The notes below the pieces were generated by a model. It worked only from the letters and a program-made list of their open reading frames with translations. It had not been told where the DNA came from and did not search any database. Positions 46,816 through 61,313 of a stretch of DNA of 64,000 nucleotides are shown here, in pieces. Position numbers and translations under genes: made by a program. This DNA is from Eremomyces bilateralis CBS 781.70 (taxonomy: Eukaryota), in the NCBI GenBank assembly GCA_010015585.1, contig ML975174.1, one strand, 5' to 3'. Positions within the stretch are counted from its first letter, which is position 1. The number at the start of each line of letters is the position of its first letter.

Positions 46816-47405
46816 GGTGCCTCCAATTCTGGGTTGTAATATGACGTTGACTTGGAACTGCTCGGGGCGAGGCGGGATGCAAATGTTGTTACGACACCCA
46901 AGACACCAACAACACACGCAGTGTTGTTTCCGCTTAATAGAGAAATTTAAGAGCAAATGTCGGCGAGATGTGATTATGCAAGCAATATCTCCGAGCACAG
47001 GTTTGTCGAAATTTCGCATTCAGGCACATTGATGTTGTGGCGATGGATTGCTGATGCCTGAGGCCAACGAAGGATTTCATCCGCATGGACTTTGGCATCT
47101 GCTTGGCATAGCGTAAATCATCCGACTTTTTCGTGGTTTACTGTACATAAGGTAAGTAACCTTGAGATTCAGATTAATGAATTCGAATATTAAGCTTGAT
47201 TCTTAGTATATGTTTTGTTGTTGATCTCATGCATGATGTTTGATATTGCCTCATTACAAAGAGAGGATGTTTTTCACCTCATTCATACCGACTCCCCTTA
47301 GCTCACCCGCTCGTCACCTTTCCAGCAAGTGTGCTCTAGCGTTCTAAGCGGTCATATTTCTAAACCCTCTAGCAGAAAGATGTCTTCGAGCTCTAATTCC
47401 CCCGT

Positions 47406-48895
47406 TTATTCCAGGGCCAACTGCCCCTTGGCGAAGGGATGATAGTCGGCTTCAGTCTCCCATTGAGCCTCATACAGGCTCTCATCCATTTGGGAAGCAT
47501 CCATGCCCATAATTACATCTCTATAGCACGTAGGTTAGCATCCAATAGCCACAACAGACTCTCAACGTGGTTCCTGAATATCGAAGGGACTTACTCGTCT
47601 TCAGCCAGCACCTCTAGGCCCGGAATACAGTCAATCAAGGCAAAAATCAGGTAGGATCCCACAAACGACCAGGTAAACCCGATGACGGCCTCGACAATCT
47701 GGATCCACAGCTGCTTGAGGTTCCCATCAATGAATACCCCTCCATCGATGAAGGTGGCTCCGTCATATGCCGCCACTTGTTTCTGCGCGAACAGCCCAGT
47801 CGCGATCGTCCCAACGAACCCGCCCACGCAATGCGTCGCAAACGTATCCCCATTGTCAACCCATCTGACCCGCCTGGCGAAGTCGGTGGACTTGATCCGC
47901 AGTGCCTGCCTGCAGATCAACGCGCCCGCCATCCCGAAGAAGAAGCTTGTGATCATGTCGATGAACCCCGCGGACGGGGTGATGAGGACCAGTCCGGAAA
48001 TCGCGCCCATAAACGTCGAATCCAAGCTCCATTTCCCGGTCTCGAAGTAGGTCAAGCCGGCCCATGTCATCGCACCGGCGGAGGCGCAGAGGTTCGTCAC
48101 GCAGAACGCCATGACCGACTTGAAGTTCAGTGCTAAGGTCGTGCCCGCGTCAAATGCAAGCCAGCTGCCCCAGATGATCACCATTGCCAGGAGCTGGCAC
48201 ATTGAGTTGTGCGGCCGGTGTAGGGCGAGGTGGGATGGTGTGCGTGTCGCTGACTTGCGCGACCGGGCGATTGGATGGGAGAGGTGGAGTGACAGCGCAG
48301 TCGCGGTGGCTCCAGAGCAGATATGGACCGGTGTCCCGCCTGCAAAATCCAATGCGCCGAGTTTGGCAAGGAAGCCATTGTCTGACCACACCATGTGTGC
48401 CAATGGACAATAAATGAATGTTGCCCAAAGCTAGACAATGCAATTAGCTTTGATACTGACGCGTAGCGATCAACCCACGAATATAAATGGAATCAGAGGC
48501 AGCAGCCTGCCTCGCTCACACACGCCTCCAATAGCAATTGCACAAACAGTCGCGCAAAAGATCAGTTGAAACTCGCTGAACAAGATCGCCGGTATGGTCC
48601 CAACTGGCTCAGCCAAGACTCCAATGTGCAACGCGTACTTGAGGTCTCCGATGATACTTGATCCTTCGCTATATGCCAGACTGTATCCAACGAGCGTCCA
48701 TTGTATCGTACAGCACCCGACGGAGAGGATAGCAGGCATGAAAGAAGCAAGCCCGCTACGTCGCGTGGAGTATCCGGAGTAACCCAGGCCGACGGCGGGG
48801 ACAATGGTCCAGCAAAAGACGCTGCACACGAGGATGAAGGCAGTGTCGGTTTTATCGCAGGCCTCCCAGGCCTGGACGACTTCGGAGGCGATCAT
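47406..48895 (-). CDS. Ammonium transporter (Amt/Mep family), 3 exons
   Basis: DTAFIL, GALDFAGGTPVHICSG, WLAFDAG, GLVLITPSAGF and DTFATHCVGG. Last exon ends ...HPFAKGQLALE*. Confidence 0.93.
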
Positions 48896-49136
48896 GATCG
48901 CGGGAGCGGAAGGATCAAAGCTATCGCAACCTCATATACCTCACTGGCCTGGCCTTGTATACAATCGAATGCGAGGGAATCGACGCTTCGACTAACTTGA
49001 ATAAAAAGCAAAGAATGACAGGACAGCAATTGACAATGACCGACATTAAGTAAATAAGCATTCCCGCTCTTAATCCCGTCTTGGGCCATCTTAAATGTAC
49101 CTAATACCATATCGTTCATAACTTACTTGAAGCTCG

Positions 49137-49358
49137 TTATCTTATCAGTAACTCCCTTCGTGTCGCCTACTCGACTTGGCATAGATGCGGCTAAGATCTA
49201 CTCCTGGTATCCTGAGTACCCGCTAGTGGAGTAGATTGTTGGCTACTCCAGGTCGGTAGTACTACCTGAGAAGTGAGAACGCATGAAGATCTTATGCTGT
49301 CGGATCGCATTACCGTTTTGAGCTTGATAGGCCAAAAGTTGTTTATTTGTTTGATAAG
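49137..49358. promoter_or_regulatory. GATA (AreA-type) sites upstream of the ammonium transporter
   Basis: Tandem TTATCTTATC at 49137-49146 and TGATAAG near 49352, consistent with nitrogen-metabolite regulation. Confidence 0.4.
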
Positions 49359-50808
49359 TGGAGTTACGGGGGAGATATTGTCGAAGACCACACGGAAAGG
49401 CAAGCCCTGCTAAAGCCAGGGTCCGTCATCTAATCTAGTGCCCCCAAAGCCGCTCCTCTTGAAAGAGGAACCGCCATCGAGAGCGAGCCTATCCGCTCTC
49501 GCGTCGCTCCGCTTAGGATATGTTTCAGCGTTTTCGAAGTACTTGCTGCTCTAAGGCACAACGATGGCGGGGAAGAGAGATTGTCCATTCCATCCTCTGG
49601 GCCAAAGTTTCTTACGCCATCACCAGCCAAAACCTACGGGTTATGTCTTAAACACAAATATACCGCAAACGGGGAGGATATCGTTGAACCGGGACTGGGG
49701 AGTCTCGTTAACTTAGACGGCGAGGGACGCGAATTGGCTCGACCGGCGTTCCGAGGAGTAGAAAGCGGTAATCGATTGCTTGCGTCGTTGTTGATGGGAT
49801 ACCGCTCAATTATGGAGACGTCGTGCTCGATAATGGTTGTTAATAACTCGCGAAGGTGGCGGGCTCCGCTCATCAGGGGGCTTCAGTCTCGACGATATCG
49901 CGAGGGAAATCGGGGTCAGAGAGGGAACGAGTTCATCTTAGTTTCATCATCTCTAAGGGTGAAGAGATGATTACTAGACCCAGAAACCGCGATGAGGTGT
50001 AAGCTCCTGTCTGGGGTATTCCCGTGTTGATGCAAGTGAGAAAGTGTGTAAGATCCGAAGATGAGCTCCATTCTGCTATTAGTGGCTCAAGAACTTACCT
50101 AGCCCAAGAGTGTGTGGCTGGTTATCATAGCTGCCAGACGAGACGGAACTACGTATATCGTCGACTGATGCATCCTGAATCGGTGAAAGTATTGCAAACT
50201 TTCAATAGACTGGTCGAAGACTCCTATTACCTGTAGAATAGACACCATCAAGGAAGCGATTGAATTCGGCTCCCGGGCGCATGGCATCTTCCTGTGGAGA
50301 TGGCAACTAAATCCTGCGGCTAGACAGTTCCCCCGCCTCTTAGATCATCACAGGCATGGGGCAATTTACTAGGAACGGCTGGCCATGGATTATAGTCAAT
50401 GGAATATTCCCCAATATCCCAAGCCACTCCATTGGTGATTGGGGTTGCACCCCGCTCGCTTCTGTCGAGTCAAGGCTCAAGAGTGCGGAGGTCTAGAGAT
50501 ACACAGGATCGTATTAGAAGCATGGGGTTAGCGGAAAGATCGGGCGACCGAGGCCCGTCTGCTTCTGACGTCGAACATCCCCGTCAGGAAGCACATGAAA
50601 GTCCACCTCTGCCCAAAACAAGAGGATTTATTATTGCACCAAGTACTTGCTTATGATTATGTGATCTCATCTTACTCCCTCCTGATCTTGCTCTCTCTTC
50701 TAAGATCCTTTCCGCCCGGTCGTTTTGTCGTAACGTGTAATTCGACCCTCATCAGAATCACCAAACAGCTCCGAGATCCCCAAATACGAAAAGTACACCT
50801 TCACCAAC

Positions 50809-52549
50809 ATGGCGCCCAAGATCCCAGCGTTCAAGCATACGCCCGCTGAGGCAATCCCTGGGATTGTGGAGAGAGTGAGGAAGACCTTCTTGGCTGGCAA
50901 GACCAGACCCGTGGAGTTCCGCCTTGTGCAGTTGAGGAAGCTATACTGGGGGTAAGTCGATTCGAAAGCCGCGAAGTATCACAAGCTCATGAACGGTTGT
51001 CTCTAGAATCAAGGACAATACCGACCTCCTCACCGAAGCATGCAAGCGCGATCTCGGAAAGCCAGCATACGAGACCTACCTCTCGGAGGTAGGATGGGTG
51101 ATGAACGATATCGTCTTCATGCAGAACAACTTGGAGAAATGGGCGAAGGATGAATCTCCACCGGATATCCCCTTGATGAACAAGGGCCTCAAGCCTCGAA
51201 TTCGAAAAGATCCTCTGGGAACAACGCTTGTCATCGGGTATGTGGTGCGCCGTTCTTCGGTGGATCTATACTGACCTCCCTTCCCCTTCTAGGGCGTACA
51301 ACTTCCCCGTCCAACTCTCCATCGGTCCTCTCATCGGTGCCATCGCCGCAGGCTGCACCGCCATCCTCAAGCCCAGCGAAAGCGCCCCGAACGCCGCTGC
51401 CGTGATGGAGATGATCATCAAGAAATACCTCGACCCCTCCTGCTACCAGGTCATCCAGGGCGCCGTTCCGGAGACCACCGCCCTGCTCGACGAGAAATGG
51501 GACAAGATCTTCTACACCGGCGGCGAGAAGGTCGGCACCATCGTCGCGAAGAAGGCCGCGGAGACGCTAACCCCAGTGACCCTGGAGCTGGGCGGCCGCA
51601 ACCCGGCCATTATCACGAAGAGCGCCGATCCCCGCCTGGCGGCGCGACGGCTGCTATGGGCGAAGGTCCACAATGCCGGGCAGGTCTGCGTCAGCCAGAA
51701 CTGGATCTTGATCGATAAGGAGGTCCTACCAGCGTTCATCAAGGAGCTGGAGAAGGCGTTGAAGGAGTTCTACCCGAAGGGCGTGAAGGCGTCCGAGGAC
51801 TATGCGCGCATTGTCAATCAGCGGCAATTTTTGCGCCTCAAGGGCATGTTGGACAACAGTCGGGGACGGATTCTGCTTGGCGGGACCATGGACGAGTCAG
51901 AGCTCTTCCTGGAGCCGACGGTCGTTCAGGTGGATGACGTCAATGATCCCCTTGTCGTCGAAGAAAGCTTCGGGCCGTTGATTCCTGTCTTCCCGGTCAA
52001 TGATTTGGACGAGGCGATTCGCCTGGCGAACTCCGTCCATGACACTCCTCTGGGTCTCTATCCCTTCGGAAACAAGCAAGAAACCGACAAAGGTATATAC
52101 ACATCCCGTCTCCACCGTTTCCTTCGCTAATGTTCCCAGTGCTTGCCAACGTTCGCTCCGGCGGCGCCTCCGTCAACGACGGCTTCTTCCACGCCTCCAT
52201 CCCCACCCTCCAATTCGGCGGCGTCGGCACCTCCGGCTCTGGCTCCTACCGCGGCCGCGCCTCCTTCGAGGCGTTCACCCACCGCCGCAGCATTACCACC
52301 ACGCCCGGCTGGCTCGAAAGCCTCCTGAGCATCCGCTACCCGCCCTACCACGGCAAGCTGGCGCAGTTCAAGCGGATGCAGGACCTATCCCCGAACTTCG
52401 ATCGCGGTGGAAACCGGAAGGTGGGGATTGTGGGGTGGTTGCTGAGGCTCGGTGCGGGGGATGCGAGCGGAGCGTTGAGGCGATACATCTTGGTGGCGTT
52501 GATCGCGTTTGGATATCAGAAGTATCAGCAGAGACAGGCGAAATTGTAA
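50809..52549 (+). CDS. Class-3 (fatty/apocarotenal) aldehyde dehydrogenase, HFD1/CarD-like, multi-exon
   Basis: AYNFPVQL, LKPSE, IFYTGG, LELGGRNP, NAGQVCVS, EESFGP and FGGVGTSGSGSYRG, with a C-terminal hydrophobic tail. Confidence 0.92.
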
Positions 52550-53050
52550 AGGGTCCTGGCGTCGTAATGTTGAGGGGTGCCAGCGCTTCAGGTCGGGTTT
52601 TCATGATAGGACTTAAATCCGTTAGTTTGAAATAACGGTTCAGGTACACTGTGTACAATATTTGCTCGCTTTTATTTTCTGATGGGTATTTCGGTATGTC
52701 TGTCAAATGGAACGAAACTTGGAAGTTCAACCGCCGTTATATATCCTGATACGTACGGAGAGGAACTCCACCATCGCCTGCGTCTTGTTTGGACCTGCTC
52801 CTGGATTTAATTCTGCTCGAAGAGAGTTGCCACTTATCACAATTGCTTCGAGCATTCTTCTTAGCATTGCTGGCTGATATATGTTCTTATGTAGAATCCA
52901 TCATTGTCTAAGCTATCATGTTCTCAAAGATCTCGCCTGTGTACAGAGAAGTAAAACGAAAACCCGATGGATTCATGGTGTGGGGGTGGTGGAGAAAACA
53001 ATGGTGGATAATTACAAGTGCAAAAAAGGCGAAAAGGACAAAAAAGAAAG

Positions 53051-53122
53051 TGACCTATGTCGGGCTCGAACCGACAATCTCCTGATTCGTAGTCAGACGC
53101 CTTGCCATTGGGCCAATAGGCC
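53051..53122 (-). tRNA. tRNA-Arg (anticodon ACG)
   Basis: GGCCTATTGGCCCAATGGCAAGGCGTCTGACT-ACG-AATCAGGAGATTGTCGGTTCGAGCCCGACATAGGTCA forms a cloverleaf with GGTTCGA T-loop and a downstream T-run terminator. Confidence 0.95.
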
Positions 53123-53897
53123 AATGTTGGAAGTATATTAATAATTTTGAAATATGTACCACATTTCATTCTTCAGCCAACCCGCCAAACCCTTCAAACC
53201 TGATCACCCAACAAATAACCTCCATTTTTGACCAGCCAGATTTTCTCATTGCCTTATTCCTCAACCATCCATCAAAGTTTTCATTTTGCGTTATTCTCAT
53301 TTTTTGTTATAGTTACCACGTTTTGCAAAAGTATATTCTATTTATGCGTTCATGTTTTATGTCTAAATGCGGTTACTGAATGTCAATATCTTGGAGTTGG
53401 AGTCTTTTGTTGGCTCTGGCATCCTCCCTACGCGATTCTCAGCCACAGGTTGGAAGATGAGAAGTATTATATGAAAATGTTGTCAAAAAGTCGATGCGCA
53501 GCAAAAAGGGGTTCCGAAAACTAGTAGGATGCTGCAGCAAGGCGAAAGAGGGTGGGTTTGAATGGGTTCAGGTTGATGCATGTTGCTCATATTCGAACGT
53601 CCACCATGCAATACCTCAGAAATTGGGGAGGTTTGGTTCCATAAGTCGATTGTGACTTTTTGATCCCAGCCTTCAGATGCGCTGGCGCCGCTTACTAGTA
53701 CATGTATACAGGTTGTAGAACTCAGCCAAGAACATTCTCAGAGCCTTCCGGTCAAGGCTCGCAGCCTTGCAATCCGTCCACAAGTTATCTCGACAGTTGG
53801 AAGTGACGGTTCGTATTGCTCTATTTAGTCTCTCTTTCCCGTTGATTTTCACCGTGTTTCAATCGTCAATCTATTGCAATGATCGTCTCATGTCGCC

Positions 53898-56800
53898 ATG
53901 GACCCGGAAGATGATGGCTTGGTCCCCTTCGGAGCCAACCCGTTTGATCCGCATTTTGCATCCAACAGTCCATTTTCTTTTGGCGCTCATTCGATAACAT
54001 CCCCACAACATGATCCTCCGAATTTCTATACGAAGCCTTGGGCTCCTTATGGCTTCCCTCCTCCTGCGGGCCTCCCTCCTCATCGATTCCCTCCTCCCCC
54101 TCCTCCCCCTCCTCCTCAAGGCTTCATGTCCCCTCCGGGGGGTTTCTCAACCCCTGACCTCCAGTCATATACCGGGCCGCCATATCCTCCCTATTACGCA
54201 CACAACTACGGAAACGTCGATGCCTTCACATCCGTACCGGATGGCTACTTCAGGTCAAGTCCGGCGTTGTATCCGTATCCGAGACCGACAAGAGCGCCAT
54301 CCCCGCCTCTAGAACCACCACGGTCCCCGTCCCTCCCACGAGCACCACCGACAGTGCGTTTTGCCTCTCCTCCAGAATATCCGCAATTGCGTGGGTTCCC
54401 TAGGCCGTTGTCATTGTCGCCGCCCCCGCCCCCCCGGCCGCGTGATCGTTCGAGAAGCTCGCCCTTATTCCGCCGAGAGAGATCACTCGAGCGCTCGTCA
54501 CGAAGTCGAAGTACCTCACTGCCGTCTACGCTCACCTCGGATGAATGGGAGGAGTACCCAGGGAGTACTCCTGCAAAATCGCAAGCGCAGTCGCGGAACG
54601 AATCCAGGCCATCATGGCTCTCATCAACGTCGTTGATCACGCCCTCAGTCCCACGGCCGGTGCCAGCGCGCCAGCCTCCTTCATACCCAATTGCACACCC
54701 CGTTCCGCCTTCCCGGGTGAGCAGCTTTCCACTGCCCCAGGTAGCCGGGTTTCAGCGACCGCAACGAGCGGATCTTGATTGGCATCAGTTTAACCGGGTG
54801 GTTCCTTTGTCTGGTGGCCGGAATGGCCGGAAATCAAAGGGCGCGAAAAAGTCGGACGGAAATGGCTCGCCAACATGGAGAAAAGACAAGTTCCCGAAGC
54901 ATCGGAATTTAGTGTGGAACCCGACAAGCTCGTACGGCCACCCTGGCCAATGGCCGGATACGGAGAGCACAACTCGTGAAGGACGGAATCAAGCGCTCTA
55001 CGTCCTGGAGTCCAAGTGCTACACCGATCATAATGGTGACCAAACCACTGATTTGACGTGTGCTGCAACTGGCCCAGAGCTCGGAGAAATGGGTGACGAG
55101 ATCCAGTTTCAGTGGCTGTACGTTTAATGTCCCCATCCGCCAGTCAGCCTGCTCACCCGCATATAGACACCTTCAGCGACAGACGATGAGTCTCGACGAA
55201 ATGCAGGTATGTGATTATACTGTGGGAAATTATTATCAGGGGGCTGATATTTCTCCTAGCGCTTCGTTCAAGGAGCTCGAGGACTCACCAGGACCATGAA
55301 GGCGCTAGGAACCTCAATTCTCGACGAAATTAATAGAGTCTACGTGAAGCAGTCGACGCATGGACGATATGTGGAACCAGGAACAGTGCTGAGACATGTC
55401 GGTCAAAACCAAGGTCCAAACAGCCCTGCGGTTGTCTTTGCGTCATTTCCATACTTTGCAATATCAGATCGGCCTATGGCCGCTCCATCTGCCTATCCAG
55501 ATGTCTGCCCCACACGGAGTCTGATGGAAACGTTATATCTCTTCGAATCAGTTGAGGACCGGGACGAGAATCAAGCACTCCATCGGTATCTTAAGTGGTC
55601 AAAATCGAATCTATTGTTAGTCCCACAAATCTGGGTGATCCTCTTGGGTTCAGGTAAGCCGTAGTTATCAGACCATTTGAGTCGTTTGTTAATTCAACAA
55701 TGAAAAGATACGATGATCACCTGCTCCCAGTCCTCCAGGGACGATCTGTTAGGTCAGGACGTACGAATCAGCCCAACGCACAACGTCCGACGGATTCGAA
55801 TCCAGATGCTACCCGATCTCAACTTCAGTGTTTTGGTGGGAACGTCCATGTCTTTCTACGGCTTCATCGAGCAAATAGAACTACATTGTGCGAACGTTGG
55901 CATCCCATGGAGCGACTGCATACTCAGAACAGAAAACGGCGAGGAACTAACTGCCGAAAAGTGGCTCCAAATTTCGAAAGAGCGGGTGCTACCGCATCTG
56001 AGAATTTACCTCCGCCGGGACGAGGCAACCACGACTCGCGGAGAGGCTGCTCCAGTACCTATAGCAGCGCCAACCGTTCCCAAGTATCCAGCGAAATCCT
56101 ATGCTGAGAAGACATCTTCCCCGTCCTGGGCATTATCCCCACTGAGCTCCCGTCTCATGGCCCGACGTCAATCCATTACCGATGCGAAGAACGAAATTAC
56201 TCGGCTACCAATGCCTCTCCCGATATCGGGAATACATAACGAAGTCGTCACACCTCCATTATTCCCCAAACGGCGCCCTTTAGCTGCGATAGAGACCGTG
56301 CCAGCTATGGCACCTGGCCTAGATCAGCGGTATGCACACTTGCGGAGGCAGTCAATCTCCCACGTGGAGAGCGAGAGCACGCAACTCCTTCGCCGCCATG
56401 TAATGGGCATCGCCAGTTCCATGTCAGTAGATCGATCGAGGGAGCCAGAAATCTTTCTTCTTCCTTGGAAAGAGGGAAATGAGGCACAAGAGACGTTTAA
56501 TAGAGACATGGCAGTGCAGCGATACAATGGAATCTCGCAACCGAACGATGGTGACGTGCTGGGAGAGGGCGAAAAGCATGGGAGGCCAAGCAACAAGAAG
56601 TTCCGTGGCCACAATCCAAATCTACGAACAGATCCTCATATGGAGAAAAATAGATCGAGTGAGATCCAGAGAATGGGCAGCGCCTGGTTACAGCCGCGTT
56701 GCTGTATTTGCCGATCGCCTAGTGCTCCGCAGATTCCAGATTGGGAGTGCCCGTGGGGCTGTGAGAGTCAAATGCTCTGGAACACCATTCTGCGTGCCGA

Positions 56801-59800
56801 ACAGAATGCGATCCGACGATTTGGGCCCTCTCGAAAGGGTGTCAATCTCAATAATGTACAGTACGTTAATGGTATGAGTGCGTGGGGTTGACGCGCTAAT
56901 GATCGCTAATGCGAACAGGAATGACGTGGCACTCCAATGCGTGAAGGAAATCACGGACCGGTATCGCGACGCTCTGGAGCCGAGCCTTCGACATGCCATG
57001 GATACGCTAAAAGGCATTCCATACTATGCAATTTATATAGCATATCAGGGGAATCCTCCTCTATCCCCGGATCTACTGTATAACATCCGTTACCGTATTG
57101 CCCTGCTCAGAGAAGAGCATCAAGCGATCTGCGACCACATATGGGACCAGCATGCGAAACTATACCCGGAGGTAGCAAATCGCATATACATGGAGACGAT
57201 CCGAAACACAGAGGCCGAAAGCCATGAGCCGAAGTCTGACTCTCACAGCGCGAGCACGTTCCAGGCTGGGGCTAATTCAAAAATGGCTGTTCCGGGGCCT
57301 CCGATGGGGACTCCACGCAATGAGAGGCTCGATTTGGAACAAGATGGAACGATTTCGTGGTTGATGCAAAATCTCTATCGCCTGTTATTTCTCCTTCCTC
57401 CTAGTATACCCAGCGGACATAGCGTAGATCATCGTCCATTTGAGGACAGACCATCATCCGATACGGCGGCACTATCGACAGGTCGAGCAGCAGATCAAGG
57501 TGCGGCGGTGCACTTTCATGACATTGGCCGGGAAGGAGCCAGTCAGAACGAGGCTGACGGACAGCTCGATGGAAAGCATGCGGCAGAATCAGAGAACGAA
57601 AGAGGCCTGCCTGCAGCAGTCAGTCTTGTTCAATCCGCGCCAATATCGCCGGAGCAGGACGTTGGTGACGATCCCTTCAAAGTTGGACCTTCGACAAGTT
57701 CGAGGGGGGATGAAGCACTTCAAAGGAAGCCTCCAATCTGTTTGGATTTTGTTCTGTTTCATGGCAACATTGTCATTTCTTCCGCCGACAGTGGGTCGAA
57801 GTCGGAGCCAGGCTCACCGAGTACTGAAAACCGATCGAAGCCTCAACTGACTGAAACCACGAATGAGGCGAGTATAAGTGAGCCTACTAGGGAAGGAGAC
57901 CACTCTATTTCGGATTTGGACGATCCTTACCCGAGGTCGACTTCCAGAAACAAAGGGAAGCAAATCCAAGGGCAGTTCGCATTTCGGGAATATGATAAGG
58001 CCGCGGTCAGCGAGAGCAACCAGAGACATCGTAAAATTAGTCCAAGTGAAGATAGCGAAGGAAGTCCCAGGGGACGGCGGTCCGCTGGGAAAAGTACAAG
58101 GCGCACTGGCAAACGACATTCCAGCCCAGGAAGCAGGAGCTCAACAGAGAATCGGATACTAGAAGCCAGCAGGGAGACTCCTCCCAGCCCAGTAACCAGG
58201 AAAATATCGCGTAACATTCACGCAACAGTCGAATCGGCTGATGAGGAATCCTTGTCTCACGTGTCAAGGGACTCCCCTCGTTCGCTGGATACTCAGACAT
58301 CGGCAGGGAATCCGTTCGACGACGTACGCGCGGAGGCTGGGTCTACAAGCGGCCTAAATGACCTGTGGGAATCTGACACCGACATGGAACCGTGGACGCA
58401 TGTGGAGCCGCGGAGGCACATGGGGCGTTCCTATGAACGTCCTGTGTTTCAGTCGCGTCACTCATATCATGGCCAGCTTCCATGGTCGAATGTGAGTTCA
58501 GATGCGCCATCTGTCGCACATGAGACTAATATCAGAGCTCCTCGTATCAGGGCTCCTCGTGTGGCGACGCCCAGAAGACCTCCAACTTCTCGTGTCAGCT
58601 CCAGATTAGCTTCTCTAGATCTGGAGAGCGTGCCCATCCCACCGTTCTTTAGCTGGGCAACAGAATCAGAGCGGTTTAATGAGAAGACCACAGCTGATCC
58701 CTGGAAAGAGGAGATGGACATGGTCCAAACCATTCACAGAATCCTGTCCAACATCTACGAAAACCTCTGTGGAGACCCGCAAAATCGGGACGGCACCAAT
58801 TTCAATCGAACAAAGGAATCAACCTTACAGGATTTGGAGCAGAGATACTTTTCTCCTCAACTAGCCAGAGTTTCACCGGCTTCGTCTGCTGGTTCGTCTC
58901 GAAATGTTGACCAACCTGAGAATGGGACCCCTTCGCAGTCCAGGCCCCTGAGTCCCGAACTCGGAGGGCCGAGTCAGTCATCTATGGGCAGACCAACTGG
59001 TAAAACGAGCAAAGCATACGAGACTGCGGTCCCCGGTGGTGTCCTTTACCCCGTACGCCAGCTGCTAGTACTCCAGCGGCAGTTCATAAATCTATACCTT
59101 CCAGTAGCCCATGATCACCGGCTTGTCCAGAAAGTTTGGGGTGCATTTGATAGCATTTGCGAGGTAAGGCCTTAGCAACCGAAATGATGATCACGATGAT
59201 TAACATGAAGCAGATTCTATATGGTACGTACGAGATTTGTGTACAAGCGAAGAACGCGGGACAGAGGTCGCGAACTGGATCCTGGATGGTAGTGGAGACC
59301 TCCGTCAAGGATTTCTCGCAATCAGAGGACGAACTCATGTGGTCGAAATCCACAAAGCCCCTTTGGAAATGCGAATCCTGCATGGCCGCGACTGTCTATA
59401 AGACCAGATCGGATGTGATTACGCATTTAGGTCACGCACATAGGGACCTAGCGTGGTCGGAGAATTCCAAGACCAGTGAGCGAATCGTCCATCATCTCTT
59501 GATCCGAGAAGATGCCGATGTGCGGAATATCTGGAAACTAGAAGAGATGGTCTCCCTCATGAACTACAGCATTACCCTGTTTGAATCGTTGTTTATCAAA
59601 GCCAAGAGTTTACAGGACGGCGTGACGGACACGCATCTGGGGAAACCGGACCGTTATCAACTCCCGCCGAAGGTCGTACAATCCTTCGAACGGAACGTTC
59701 TATTCGTCGCCGAATTAGCACGATGTCTAAAAAATATCCGTGGGAGCTACCGAAAATGGCATCCCAAATTATGGAAACGCCCGGGCCAAATTCTCAACGA

Positions 59801-60916
59801 ACTATGGCCACAGGTCTACAATCGAGCGGCAGAAATTCGATATTTGCTTGACGGAGCCGAGACAGACTTGGTCTTGATGAATCGGACAGATGCGGATCGA
59901 AATAGTGTAAGCCTAGCATCAGTTGGACCAGAGTTTATTATCGGAATCATTTTCCGAACCTTGCGGTCACAAGTGTTGTACGAAGACAAAGATGTCATGG
60001 ACGTGTATCGTTCGTTTGCAGAAAAACTGGTCAAAGGCTCCTGTGCCTATTTCTTCATCCCAGCACCTGGCTGACAAGCAGTACAGAACATCGAAGTCAA
60101 CCAGCGCCCTCGAAAGAAACTTCTTCTCGATGTCAACAGGCTGCAAGAAGAGTTCGAGGCCGTGAAGAAAACGACCGAGGGACAGTCGATCGCGCTAGAA
60201 AAGCTCGCCATGCTGCTGACCCAAATAACGATTGGGCTCCCATTTGCCGATAGAACACGAAGCCATCGCTTCCAATATGAGAACGCGCTTCTCAACAAAG
60301 AAGGCGACGAGCTCTGGAATTGGCTGCAGGAATTACAAGCCTGGGATGCGAGAATGTGTCGCCTTCGAAATCAAATCCGCCAAAGTATTGAGATTCTCGA
60401 AGAAGGGCATGGAAAAGCCATTCTAGTCTTCACTACAGTGACTATTGTGTTCCTTCCGCTGTAAGTGCGCGTTCCACGTCGGGATGCTTCGACATGAATG
60501 CTGATCGTGCGACGAATAGGTCGTTCATTTCCAGCTTTTTCGGGATGAATACTGCCGACATTCGGAATCTTGACAATTCGCAGACAATCTTCTAGATGAC
60601 CGCCGTTCCTATTACGCTGATTATTGTTCTAATTTCTCTCATTATAGCGTTCAAAGGTGATGCGATTGGGGAGCGGCTTGGACAAACATCGACCTCGGCC
60701 GGGAAGTGTCTTCGGCGTCAAAGGTATGCCGCCTCCCAATGGATCAAGTCGAGATGGACGGCGAAAAGACGGAATTTGAGAGAGTTTGGCGGGGAATTAC
60801 CGATGTACTCAGAGAACGACGATCCGCTGCCGCCTGCCCGACGGGCAACCGACCTTTCGGCACACTCGACGATCAATGTGTTTGACTATGAAGTATTAGA
60901 CGTTGAAAATGAGTGA
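53898..60916 (+). CDS. Very large multi-exon protein: Pro/Ser-rich N-terminus and C-terminal CorA-like (GMN) membrane domain; contains an in-frame TAG at 60593-60595
   Basis: Same-strand ORFs linked by GT-AG introns. Motifs include VFASFPYF, LLLVPQIWV, PPFFSW and GKAILVFTTVTIVFLPL|SFISSFFGMNTADIRNLDNSQTIF*MTAVPITLII. The exon structure is partly inferred. Confidence 0.7.
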
Positions 60917-61313
60917 TAGACGGATCGGCAAACACGTCAGAAGCCCCGCCGGCCCGAGCCTTTAGCCTTTGCTGCGCACCTGCCAAGCCCCCGGGTTGCT
61001 TGCCAACCTTTCAATTTCCTGGGATATTTCCGGGTTTGCTCCTGGACTGCTTCACAGCCATCCCATTGGTAGCGGAACCCTTTGCGGCTCGGAGGGGTTG
61101 CTTAAAATAGTGGTAGCCCGAAGTAGCTCTAATGCCTAGATTTCAGTGGCAACCTCAAGCAATCGCCAACTTCCACTCAGGAGCATGAGCAGCAGTGTGC
61201 AGTTCGACATAGAGGCGGTACCGTAACTGTTGCGGGTGAAATGATTCATCATCGCAGCGTAGTGTATAGTTACTCACTACGAGTTTATTCTGACTTGACT
61301 TGTTCGGACTCCA

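Noticed and set aside
52480..52549. PTS1-like AKL at the ALDH3 C-terminus
   Set aside because: It follows a hydrophobic tail-anchor segment typical of this family, so its targeting role is uncertain and unremarkable.
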